A stretch of 64,000 nucleotides of DNA, taken from positions 480,001 through 544,000 of the forward strand of contig JAXGPA010000001.1 of the NCBI GenBank assembly GCA_040767195.1, in the 5' to 3' direction. A program made the position numbers and the translations under genes. Shown in pieces: positions 50,483-59,048 of the stretch. The DNA comes from Syntrophales bacterium. GTDB lineage: Bacteria > Desulfobacterota > Syntrophia > Syntrophales > UBA6807. The notes beneath the pieces were generated by a model. It was not told the origin of the DNA and did no database searches. It worked only from the letters and a program-made list of their open reading frames with translations. Position 1 is the first letter of the stretch. Each line of letters opens with the position of its first letter.

Positions 50483-51937
50483 TCAAAACCCTTCATCTTC
50501 CGCCGTCAGGGGGAAAAAAAGGATCCTGTTTTGCGTCTTCACATCGAAACATCGAAAATGTATCTCGCCGCTCACGTCCACCGTCACCGAGTAGATCCCC
50601 GGGCCGGCCTCGCAGCTGAAGCCGCCGGCCGAATCCGTTTTCAGCGGGACTTTCGTTCCATCCTGCCCCTGGACGGTCACGGCCACGCCTTCCAGGCCCT
50701 CTCCCCAGCCGTACAGGCCGTCCCCGTCGGCGTCGTGAAAAACCAGGCCGGTAATGTGCGTGCGGCGGCTGTCGGGGATAGGGATCCCGTAATCGGCCAC
50801 GGCCATGGTGACGTCTCCCCGGCATAAATCATAGGCGCTGTCGTCGGTCCCGAAATATCCCGAAAGGATTCCGAAGCCGGCGTGCCGGGTCCTTTCGTTC
50901 ATCATGTCAAGGCGCTCCTTCTGATCCAGGCGCTCCATGTCGCGGAAAAACCACGCCCGGAAAAAGCGCTGCAGCAGTTCCCCTTCGGGGATCGCCGGTT
51001 CCTCCCGGTACCACCGCCCCAGGGTCTCCCGGACGGCCGCCACGGGATATCCTTCCCCGGCCGCCCGGTCTTCCGGGTAAAGGCCGTCCGGTGTCACCGA
51101 GCCGAAATAGATCCGGTCGAACATGTCCCGAACATGTCCCTGGGCGGACCTGACAAGCCGCCCGTCCAGGGTCAGCGGCGGCAGGCCGTACCGAAGGAAA
51201 TACTCCCGGTCCGGATAGGCCCTGAAAAGGCTTTCCCCGCTCTTTCCCAGCCGTTCCGCCATGGCCAGGGGCTGTGCCCGGGCCTGGTTGATCCGGTAAA
51301 GCAGTTCCAGGTACGCCCGGCTCGGGCCGGAACCAAAGGTGCAGGTGGCCACGTACACGTTGGAGGACAGACCGTCCATGACGAGGATCCCGCCGTCAAA
51401 GGCAAGACCGATATCGTCGAAATCGGGAGAGAGAACGTATCGTTCCGCCGTCCTTCCCGGGTCGAACTCATCCCGGACGATTTTCTCGAAAAGGATTGTC
51501 ACGGCCTGGCCCGGATCCATGTAATTGGAAAAACTGACGAGACCCACCGTCTCGCCGATCCGGAACGCCAGGTACCCCGCCGTCTCGGCCCGCTCCGCCG
51601 GGGAGACGCCCCCCTCGCCACCGGGAGCGTAAACATCGTCTACGAGCATGTTCCCGTTCCCCGCCCGGGCCGCCTCATCGAGCCGGCCTTCTCTCACAAG
51701 GGGGCCGAAACCCGCCTCGAACAGGGTCTCCAGGCCGGGATCTTCCCGGAAGAGGGGCTCGAGATCGATGCCGAGGCGCGCCGCGGCAGCCCGGGGGTTC
51801 TCCCGGACCTCGTTGATCCTTTCCAGGAGCCACTGCTCTTCAAAGGAGAACTCCCCGTCGGCGGCGGCGGCACAGATGGGGAAAAGCATCACCCCCGCGA
51901 GAAGGACAAGGCTGAGACGCAGGACTTTTTTCTTCAT
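50483..51937 (-). CDS. Exported protein with two CAP/SCP domains and an SdrD-B/carboxypeptidase-regulatory-like C-domain
   Basis: Signal peptide; two INxxRxxP...L..AA/SA...M...P.ERA...GY units; ITGLVFHDADGDGLY..GEGL.GV.V. Confidence 0.82.
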   Translation of the reverse strand: MKKKVLRLSLVLLAGVMLFPICAAAADGEFSFEEQWLLERINEVRENPRAAAARLGIDLEPLFREDPGLETLFEAGFGPLVREGRLDEAARAGNGNMLVDDVYAPGGEGGVSPAERAETAGYLAFRIGETVGLVSFSNYMDPGQAVTILFEKIVRDEFDPGRTAERYVLSPDFDDIGLAFDGGILVMDGLSSNVYVATCTFGSGPSRAYLELLYRINQARAQPLAMAERLGKSGESLFRAYPDREYFLRYGLPPLTLDGRLVRSAQGHVRDMFDRIYFGSVTPDGLYPEDRAAGEGYPVAAVRETLGRWYREEPAIPEGELLQRFFRAWFFRDMERLDQKERLDMMNERTRHAGFGILSGYFGTDDSAYDLCRGDVTMAVADYGIPIPDSRRTHITGLVFHDADGDGLYGWGEGLEGVAVTVQGQDGTKVPLKTDSAGGFSCEAGPGIYSVTVDVSGEIHFRCFDVKTQNRILFFPLTAEDEGF

Positions 51938-52049
51938 GGATTGTTACAATGCACAAGAAATGCCAGGCACGGGCCTGCCGAAACCACGGGAAAAAAGCCC
52001 TTTCGGAAAGACCTTCTTCGGGACACTGGTCAAAAGTGATCTTCTCTGG

Positions 52050-54521
52050 CTATTTCGAGCCAGTCTCATGGGTGCTTTCTCCGGTGCCGGCGGCTTTCTG
52101 CCTTTTTTCCAGGTCTTCGAGAAGGCCCTTGAAGTCCGCCCGGTCCCGGAGACCGGCCAGGTCGCCGTCATTTGCAAGAAACGCCCCGTTTCGGAAACCT
52201 CTTTCAACGGCTTTTTTCAGGGCCGTCACGGCGTCTTCGTTCCTGCCCTGGGCCGCCCGAACCCGGGCGATCTGGTAAAAAGCCGTCACTTCGACACGGG
52301 AATCCCCCGTCATGGCCTCCCTGAAGGCCGTCACGGCTTCCTCGTATTCTCTTTGCCGGGCCAGGGCCGCGCCCAGGCTCATCCGGGCCTGCGCGTCATC
52401 GGGACGAATGCGGAGCGCCTCCCGGTAGGCCTTTTCCGCCTCCCCGGCCCTTCCCTGGATCATGCGCAGGTCGCCCAGGCGGCTCAAAGCATTCGGCGAG
52501 GGCGGATCCAGGCGGGCCGCCGCTTCCAGGTGATCCGCCGCCTCGTCGAGCCTTCCCATCCCCGCCAGGGTGACGCCGAGCCTTTCACGGGCCTGCTGGT
52601 AGAAGGGATCGAGGCGGACCGCTTCCCTGAGGCTGGCGATGGCGTCCTCCTGCCGCCCCAGGGCACCAAGAACCAGAGCCAGGTTGTAGCGGATCTGGGG
52701 GCTTCGGGGGTCCGCCACGGCGGCCCGGCTGTAGAATTTCAAAGCCTCCGCGGTGTCTCCCTTCCTGTAGAAGAGGTTCCCGAAACGGGCCAGCATCTCC
52801 CCGTCAACGCCGGTTTTCTCTTCCAGGAGTTTCTCATAAATGGCCCGGGCTTCCTCCACCCTGCCCAGCCTGGAATAGGCGCCGGCCAGGTTGATCAGGG
52901 CGTCGGGATAAGAGGGATGAAGGTCGAGGCTCTTGCGGAAAAGGGCTATCGATTCCTCCGCCTGGCCCGCCTTGAGCTTTTCCAGGCCGAGGTTGTTGTA
53001 GGCCCGTATGTTCCAGGGCGACTTGGACAGGACATCGCTCCAGAGAGTCGTCTCGTTCAGCCAGACACGGTTCCTGAGATGGGCCGCCGTCCCGTAGGAC
53101 ACGATGAGGGCGACAGCCACCGCCACGGCCAGGACGGACTGCCTTGAAAAGAGCCGGAAAAGCAGGTCCGCCAGGAAGAGGGCGAAGCCGAAGAGGGGCA
53201 GGTAGAGCCGGTGCTCGAAGAGGGCGTCCCGGATGGGAATGAGGCTCGATTCCACGGAAAGGGTGACGAAAAACCACAGGACGGCGAAGGCAAAAACGGG
53301 CCAGCGCCGGTTCTTCCAGACAGCCAGGGAAAGGAGGCCGACCAGGAAAAGAAAAGCCCAGGGCGTGACGCCCGTGAAAAAACCCTGGACGAAGGGCATC
53401 ATGTAATCGGCGTTCTGGTGGACGGGCAGGACGAAGAGCCTCAGATAGATGACAAGCACATTGAACTGGGTGAAGAGGTAGGTGGAACGGCTCACCAGCG
53501 TCGTTTCCCGGGTCAGCCCGTACGCGTCCTCCAGGAGATTCCCCCGGCCGGCGAGGAGATCCCCGAGACCGAAGACGAGAAGGCCTGAGACGATAAAAAA
53601 GAGCGCCGTTCCCCCGATCCAGGGAAGTTTTCGCTTCCAGTCGGCGGCGGAACCGCGGAAGCAGAAAAACTCCGCCAGGAGGAGGGCAAGGGGAAGGCTC
53701 ACGGCGTTCTGCTTGGAAAGGACAGCCAGAAGGCCGGAGAAAACGGCGAGGACGAAAAAGACGGCGGCCCTGGGATATGAAATCTCGGTCGCAACAGAGG
53801 CATGGGCCGGGAGGGCGGGAGCCGGGGAAACGTGCTCCGGCGTTTTCCTTTTTCTCTTTTTTCCGTCTTTCCCTTTTTCGGGGCTCTTCGCCGCGGTCCC
53901 GCCGTCTTCACCGGCGGGCACGATGCCGCTGTCCCGCCTCCCGAGGACGGCCATGCGGCCCCTCAGGTAGAACAGGACGGCAGCCATGTAAAAAAGGGCT
54001 GCCATGGACGCGTAGCGCTGGACCGTGTAGGTGACCGCCTGGGTCTGGACGGGGTGGACGACGAAAAGGAGCGCCGCGAAGAGGGAGCAGGCGGAAAGCC
54101 AAAGCGGGGGAAGCCCCCCTTCCCGGCCGTTTCCCTGGAAGATGTTCCACAGGAGGGTCCGGGCGAGAAAATAAACGACGAAACCGTTCAGGATATGGAG
54201 GAGGACATTCACCAGGTGATAGCCGAAGACATTCGTCTGCCCCGCCCAAAAATTGAGGGCGAAGGTGAAGTCGACGACACCTCTCGGCCTGAAAAGATTC
54301 TTTCCTTCGAGAAGACCGGTGAGATCCCGGATGGATCTGTTCTCCTCGATCAACTTGATGCCGTCGAAGACGAACTCGTTTCCGTAGATGTTTCCGTAGA
54401 CGATGAAAGCGGCGAGGGCGATGACGAAAAGATGAAACGCCCCGTGGTAAAAAATCCGCTCCCGCGGTTCCGGGCTCCCTTTTTTCAAAGTTTTCATTTC
54501 AGCCATTGGCCATATTCTCAC
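52050..54521 (-). CDS. TMTC-like membrane protein (GT-C-like TM region plus TPR repeats)
   Basis: FVFD, GYHLVNVLLH, HPVQTQAVTY..QR, EHRLYLP, RN.VW....LW.D, followed by several TPRs. Confidence 0.85.
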   Translation of the reverse strand: MRIWPMAEMKTLKKGSPEPRERIFYHGAFHLFVIALAAFIVYGNIYGNEFVFDGIKLIEENRSIRDLTGLLEGKNLFRPRGVVDFTFALNFWAGQTNVFGYHLVNVLLHILNGFVVYFLARTLLWNIFQGNGREGGLPPLWLSACSLFAALLFVVHPVQTQAVTYTVQRYASMAALFYMAAVLFYLRGRMAVLGRRDSGIVPAGEDGGTAAKSPEKGKDGKKRKRKTPEHVSPAPALPAHASVATEISYPRAAVFFVLAVFSGLLAVLSKQNAVSLPLALLLAEFFCFRGSAADWKRKLPWIGGTALFFIVSGLLVFGLGDLLAGRGNLLEDAYGLTRETTLVSRSTYLFTQFNVLVIYLRLFVLPVHQNADYMMPFVQGFFTGVTPWAFLFLVGLLSLAVWKNRRWPVFAFAVLWFFVTLSVESSLIPIRDALFEHRLYLPLFGFALFLADLLFRLFSRQSVLAVAVAVALIVSYGTAAHLRNRVWLNETTLWSDVLSKSPWNIRAYNNLGLEKLKAGQAEESIALFRKSLDLHPSYPDALINLAGAYSRLGRVEEARAIYEKLLEEKTGVDGEMLARFGNLFYRKGDTAEALKFYSRAAVADPRSPQIRYNLALVLGALGRQEDAIASLREAVRLDPFYQQARERLGVTLAGMGRLDEAADHLEAAARLDPPSPNALSRLGDLRMIQGRAGEAEKAYREALRIRPDDAQARMSLGAALARQREYEEAVTAFREAMTGDSRVEVTAFYQIARVRAAQGRNEDAVTALKKAVERGFRNGAFLANDGDLAGLRDRADFKGLLEDLEKRQKAAGTGESTHETGSK

Positions 54522-54687
54522 ATTCGAATGGCGCGGGCGTCAGCCTGAAACGGTGTCCGGCCTGGCCCGTCCTTCATTCCTATCGATTCTCTTTACCCCA
54601 TAAAAAAAGGGTTTCATACCCCGCTTCGCGCTCCCGCGCTGCTGCGCCAGGCGCCAGGGCCTCCCGGCTTCATCCCGAACCCTTCCA

Positions 54688-55554
54688 TCATAAATAAATG
54701 AAGAAAACGAAGGCGAGGATCCACCCCAGGACGGCGCCCTGGATCATGGGATCCCGAAGCAGGATGGCCGTCGGGGAACCGGAATCGTTCTTCACGAAGG
54801 TGAGCTGAAGATACCGCAGAAGCCCCATGAGGACGAAGACCGTGGTGAGATACAGGCGCTCCGTATGGAACTTGGCCATGATCTCGGGAGACAGGGTGTA
54901 CATGGTGTAGGCCACGATGATGACCGCCGCCATGACCACCATGGACGACTGGACGAAAAAGACGTTGTATCCGCCCAGGGACCGCCGGGGCCGGGCGTTG
55001 CCGTTCTCGAGGATGAGAAGATCGTCCCTTCTCTTGGCCAGGGCGAGAAAGAGGGCCAGGAAGAAGGTCATGATGACGATCCAGGGATAGATGGTCACAT
55101 CGGTCACGGCCCCTCCCACAAAAACACGCAGGACGAAGCCCAGGGCGATGATGAAGATGTCGATGATGGCCACCTGCTTCCACTTCAGGGTGTAGCCGGC
55201 ATTGATGAGGACATAGACGAGGGTCAGGAAAAAAGCCTCCCGGCCCAGGAAGGATACGATGACGAACCCGCCCAGGAAAAGGGCGGTCATGACGGCCCGG
55301 GCCGGGGGACCGGCGATCCGGCCCGCCGCCAGGGGCCGGTCCTTCTTTCGGGGATGGTGGCGGTCTTCCTCGAGATCGTGAAGGTCATTGAAAATATAGA
55401 CGGCGCTCGCCGCCATGGAGAAAGCAACGAAGGCCAGGCCCGCCCGGGCGAGAAGCTCCACCCGCATGATTTCATGGGCGAAGAAAAGGGGGAGGAAGAT
55501 GAAGAGATTCTTGATGTACTGGTGTACCCGAAGAAGATTGATCCAGTCTTTCAT
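54688..55554 (-). CDS. UbiA-family polyprenyl-phosphate phosphoribosyltransferase (DPPR synthase-like)
   Basis: LRVHQYIKNL.IF.P, Y.FND..D...DR.HP.K..RPLAAG, GFVLRV, KRR, LLRY..L, SGSPT. Confidence 0.88.
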   Translation of the reverse strand: MKDWINLLRVHQYIKNLFIFLPLFFAHEIMRVELLARAGLAFVAFSMAASAVYIFNDLHDLEEDRHHPRKKDRPLAAGRIAGPPARAVMTALFLGGFVIVSFLGREAFFLTLVYVLINAGYTLKWKQVAIIDIFIIALGFVLRVFVGGAVTDVTIYPWIVIMTFFLALFLALAKRRDDLLILENGNARPRRSLGGYNVFFVQSSMVVMAAVIIVAYTMYTLSPEIMAKFHTERLYLTTVFVLMGLLRYLQLTFVKNDSGSPTAILLRDPMIQGAVLGWILAFVFFIYL

Positions 55555-55575
55555 GGGATGGAAACGCAAGGACCC

Positions 55576-56634
55576 TCAAAAGAGATATTTGACCAGGGAA
55601 AAGATCCCCTGCCGCCAGGGAACCCGGTGGGAAACACCGGACTGATTCCGGATTTTTTCCCGGTTTTCCACGTACCAGCGGTAATTCCTCACCAGGGCCC
55701 GGCGGTTCGAATACCGGGGGGCGAATCCCAGGCGCTCCTTCGCCTTTTCGATGGATACGAAGGAATCCCGGGAGGCCGTCTCGTAGATCCACGGATAGAG
55801 GGGCGACAGGCGAAGGCGTTCCAGGATCCTGAGGGCCGCGATGACGGGCCCCGCGGGAAGGGGAACGACACGCTTCCCGAACCCCGCCGCATCGAGAACG
55901 GCCTGGTAGTCCTCCCGCATCGTGGCGAATTCGGCGGCCCCGATGTTGAAGGTGTCGTCGACGACCCGCCGGTCCCCGGTGAGGCATTTTTCCACGGCGT
56001 CGCAGAGATCCTCCACGTCGAGAAGCTGGTACCGGTTCTTTCCGCTTCCGATCATGGGGAACCCCCGGCCCTCGGAGGCCCACTCGAAGAGGAGGGCGAA
56101 AACCCCCAGTCTTTCCGGCCCCACGAAGGACTTGGGCCGCAGGACGGGAACGCACAGGCCCTTTGCCCGGTATTCCCCGCAGCGTTCTTCCGCCAGGATC
56201 TTCGCCTTTCCGTAGGGTCCCACGCCGACGAGGGGATCCGCCTCGAAAAGGGGGTGGTGATGGGGGATCCCGTAAACGGCCGTCGACGAGACGTGAACGA
56301 ACCGCTCGACGCCGCCTGCCAGGGACGCTTCCAGGAGGTTTTCCGTTCCCGTCACGTCCGTCGAATAAATGTCCTTTTCGCTGTAAAGGGGAAGGGCCGC
56401 CGCGCCGTGGACGACCTGGTCCATTCCTTTCACGGTCTCCCCGACGAGGGCCCGGTCCCGGATATCGCCCCGGATGAACCGGACCCGGTCTTTCACGTCG
56501 GAATAATCGAAGTCCGCCGTATCGAGAACGTGGATGTCGTACCCCTTCTTCCGGAGAAGGAAACGGACCAGGTTGATGCCGAGGAACCCAGACCCCCCGG
56601 TGATGAGGATCTTTTTCGTCACGCCGCCGTCCAC
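55576..56634 (-). CDS. NAD-dependent epimerase/dehydratase (3-beta-HSD-like extended SDR)
   Basis: [20 protein letters not shown]. Confidence 0.9.
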   Translation of the reverse strand: MDGGVTKKILITGGSGFLGINLVRFLLRKKGYDIHVLDTADFDYSDVKDRVRFIRGDIRDRALVGETVKGMDQVVHGAAALPLYSEKDIYSTDVTGTENLLEASLAGGVERFVHVSSTAVYGIPHHHPLFEADPLVGVGPYGKAKILAEERCGEYRAKGLCVPVLRPKSFVGPERLGVFALLFEWASEGRGFPMIGSGKNRYQLLDVEDLCDAVEKCLTGDRRVVDDTFNIGAAEFATMREDYQAVLDAAGFGKRVVPLPAGPVIAALRILERLRLSPLYPWIYETASRDSFVSIEKAKERLGFAPRYSNRRALVRNYRWYVENREKIRNQSGVSHRVPWRQGIFSLVKYLF

Positions 56635-56711
56635 CCTTCAGGCCGGTTCAGAACCGCCGCCCCGCTGACCCTCCCGGCGGAGGCGACGCCCGGTGACGGA
56701 CAGAACCCCGT

Positions 56712-58949
56712 TCACGGGACCTCGGGGATGTCATAATCGATGATCGTTTCCGCCTCCCCGTTCAGATCGAGTTTCACCACGCCGATGCCCTCGCCGAGCC
56801 AGTAGTAGAGAGGCGGCAACGCATAGGTATCGCTACCCACATAAGATATAAAAAAGGAGTTTTTAGACTTAATCTTGATGTCTTGGGAAATCCGGATGAC
56901 GTTCCGGTAAAGGGAATCCCGGCTCGTCACATCCTCGATACCGACGATGGTGGTCTTGATCTCGATGCTGAGCGGTATATCCATACTAAAAATACCGCTA
57001 GATACTCTTATTGTGGCCGTCGTCGTGTCCTCGTAGACCTGGCCGACCTGGATGTTCTTGGGTATATAAAGGAGCGGCGCATCGAAAAGGACGTCGCCGA
57101 TCGGCAGCGGCTGGCCACCATTTTCCCTTAAGACGTAGTACATGCCGTGAAACTTGATCCCGTCGGCATCGCTCGTGAAATACTGCTTCGTTCCCGTGTC
57201 GTACTGGTAAACCAGGGTGGTGGCCTCCGAAACCGGTTTCGTCCCGCTAATGTCCGTCCGGGTTTCTTCACCCGACTCCTTTTCGTAGGTCCACCAGCTT
57301 CCCAGCACGAGGGGAAAGTAGTCCGACGCCACGTAGGCGGAGGGGTCGACGGACACGGCGGCGGTGGCGCTTATCTCGCCAATTTCGGCGGTCACGGTGG
57401 CCGCGCCGACTTCCTTGCCCTTCACGAGGCCGGCCTGGCAGATCGAATTCTCCACCGAGGCGGTCCCGCTGTTCGACGAGGTCCAGGCCACCTGGTCCGT
57501 GATCTCCCGGCACGTCCCGTCGGAATACCAGCCAAAGGCGCCCAGGCTGGCGGTCTCATGGATTTTCAAGGCCAGGACGTCGGGCATGATTTCAATGGAC
57601 GTGAGCACGGCCGGGGCCGGGGCCGGGTTCAGGCTTCTGATCGAGTCCAGGGTCTGACCGTTGGTGGAGGCGTTCATCTGGAAGGCCACCACCTTGTCTT
57701 CCGACGCATAGGCCAGGTAGGTGGCCCCTTCAGGCTTTGTGCTGAAAAGATAGTTCATGGAAGCCAGCGGCTCGCCCACCGGAAAAACGAAGGCCACCCA
57801 TTTCTGCCGGGGCCCGAGATTAATAACGGTGCTGTCGATCACGTCTCCCCCGTCGTCACAGGCATCAACGTTGACGGATGTACTTTCGGCATTGTCGTTC
57901 ACAAAAACGACGCCGGTCGCCGCGGAACCCGTTTCGATCTTCGGCAGGATTCCCGTCGTGGCCCCTTCCCGGGGCCCCATGTATCCGGCCAGCTGCCTGC
58001 TGTGGGCGAAAAGCTCAAACCCCGAGAGGGGCCTGGTCGCCGTGATTTTGGCCCAGCCGTCGGTGATGCCCAGTGGCAGCGTGCTCGCCAGGCGACTGAT
58101 CCGTTCGCCCCCTTTCAGGAGAAGATCGACAGGGGGCCGGGCCGTTCCGCCCGTCGTAAAAGGGGAAACGGTGATCGTGCTGTCCTGGTAGCTGGTGTTG
58201 TAGGCCACGATCCCCGTGTTCCACCCTCCGGTCATGACGAGATGGGGGTAATAGACCTGAAGGGCCACCTGGTCGTCCAGGGGAATGCCGTCGAGGACCC
58301 GGCCGTTGGAAAAGAGGATGAGTCCGACGATGCCTTCGGCCCCCCGGATTTTGGCCGCGCTGATCCTGGGCTGGGGGGTATCGTCGAAAAGCGCTCTCAT
58401 GAAGAAAACCTCGTGGCGCCCGGCCGCCACGGATTTCGTCTTCGTGATGCCCGTATCGAACTCGAAGCACATGTCGATGGCGGCGTCCGTCGTGTTGACG
58501 ACGCTCACGCCCGTGGCCCAGGTGTCCGTTGAGGCGATGTGGGGAATGAAGATTTCCCCCCGGGCCGGCGATTGACTGGCCGGGATGGCGACGCTGTATT
58601 TCAGGGGATCCTGAAATTTCAGGTACCCCACGGCGTTATCAGAAGTGGTGGAAAAAACGAGGTAGCCGATCGTTTTCCCACCGGCATAATCCCGGACAAG
58701 GTCGGCGCCCCAGAAAACCCGCTTTCCCCGGGGCGGCAGGGTCACGTCGATCTGGTCGATGAGAGCGCCGCTGTCCTCGTGGAGATCCAGGGTTCCCGAG
58801 ACGGAATCGCTGTCGCTTCCGTTGATCAGGCCGATTTCCGTTTCCCAGTAAGCGTTACTGGCAAAGTGGGGATAATAGAGATCCCCGTGGGCCGGCGACA
58901 GGGCCGTGAGTATAAGAGCCAGGGCGGCGAAAGCGATTTTCTTTTTCAT
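56712..58949 (-). CDS. Exported protein: N-terminal four-repeat surface module, Big_2 Ig-like domain, C-terminal beta-rich domain
   Basis: Signal peptide; four P-x-W-x-T-x-N repeats; YSDGT..EIT..V.WTSSN (Big_2); YFPL..G..WTY...W...GIGVVK. Confidence 0.8.
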   Translation of the reverse strand: MKKKIAFAALALILTALSPAHGDLYYPHFASNAYWETEIGLINGSDSDSVSGTLDLHEDSGALIDQIDVTLPPRGKRVFWGADLVRDYAGGKTIGYLVFSTTSDNAVGYLKFQDPLKYSVAIPASQSPARGEIFIPHIASTDTWATGVSVVNTTDAAIDMCFEFDTGITKTKSVAAGRHEVFFMRALFDDTPQPRISAAKIRGAEGIVGLILFSNGRVLDGIPLDDQVALQVYYPHLVMTGGWNTGIVAYNTSYQDSTITVSPFTTGGTARPPVDLLLKGGERISRLASTLPLGITDGWAKITATRPLSGFELFAHSRQLAGYMGPREGATTGILPKIETGSAATGVVFVNDNAESTSVNVDACDDGGDVIDSTVINLGPRQKWVAFVFPVGEPLASMNYLFSTKPEGATYLAYASEDKVVAFQMNASTNGQTLDSIRSLNPAPAPAVLTSIEIMPDVLALKIHETASLGAFGWYSDGTCREITDQVAWTSSNSGTASVENSICQAGLVKGKEVGAATVTAEIGEISATAAVSVDPSAYVASDYFPLVLGSWWTYEKESGEETRTDISGTKPVSEATTLVYQYDTGTKQYFTSDADGIKFHGMYYVLRENGGQPLPIGDVLFDAPLLYIPKNIQVGQVYEDTTTATIRVSSGIFSMDIPLSIEIKTTIVGIEDVTSRDSLYRNVIRISQDIKIKSKNSFFISYVGSDTYALPPLYYWLGEGIGVVKLDLNGEAETIIDYDIPEVP

Positions 58950-59048
58950 TCCGTCGGATTTCTCCTTAGATCGTTATTTTTCAGTAAAAGAAATTTAATT
59001 TGCAAGATCCGGACCGCTCCGAAAAAAGCCCCGCCATCACGGGCCCGG

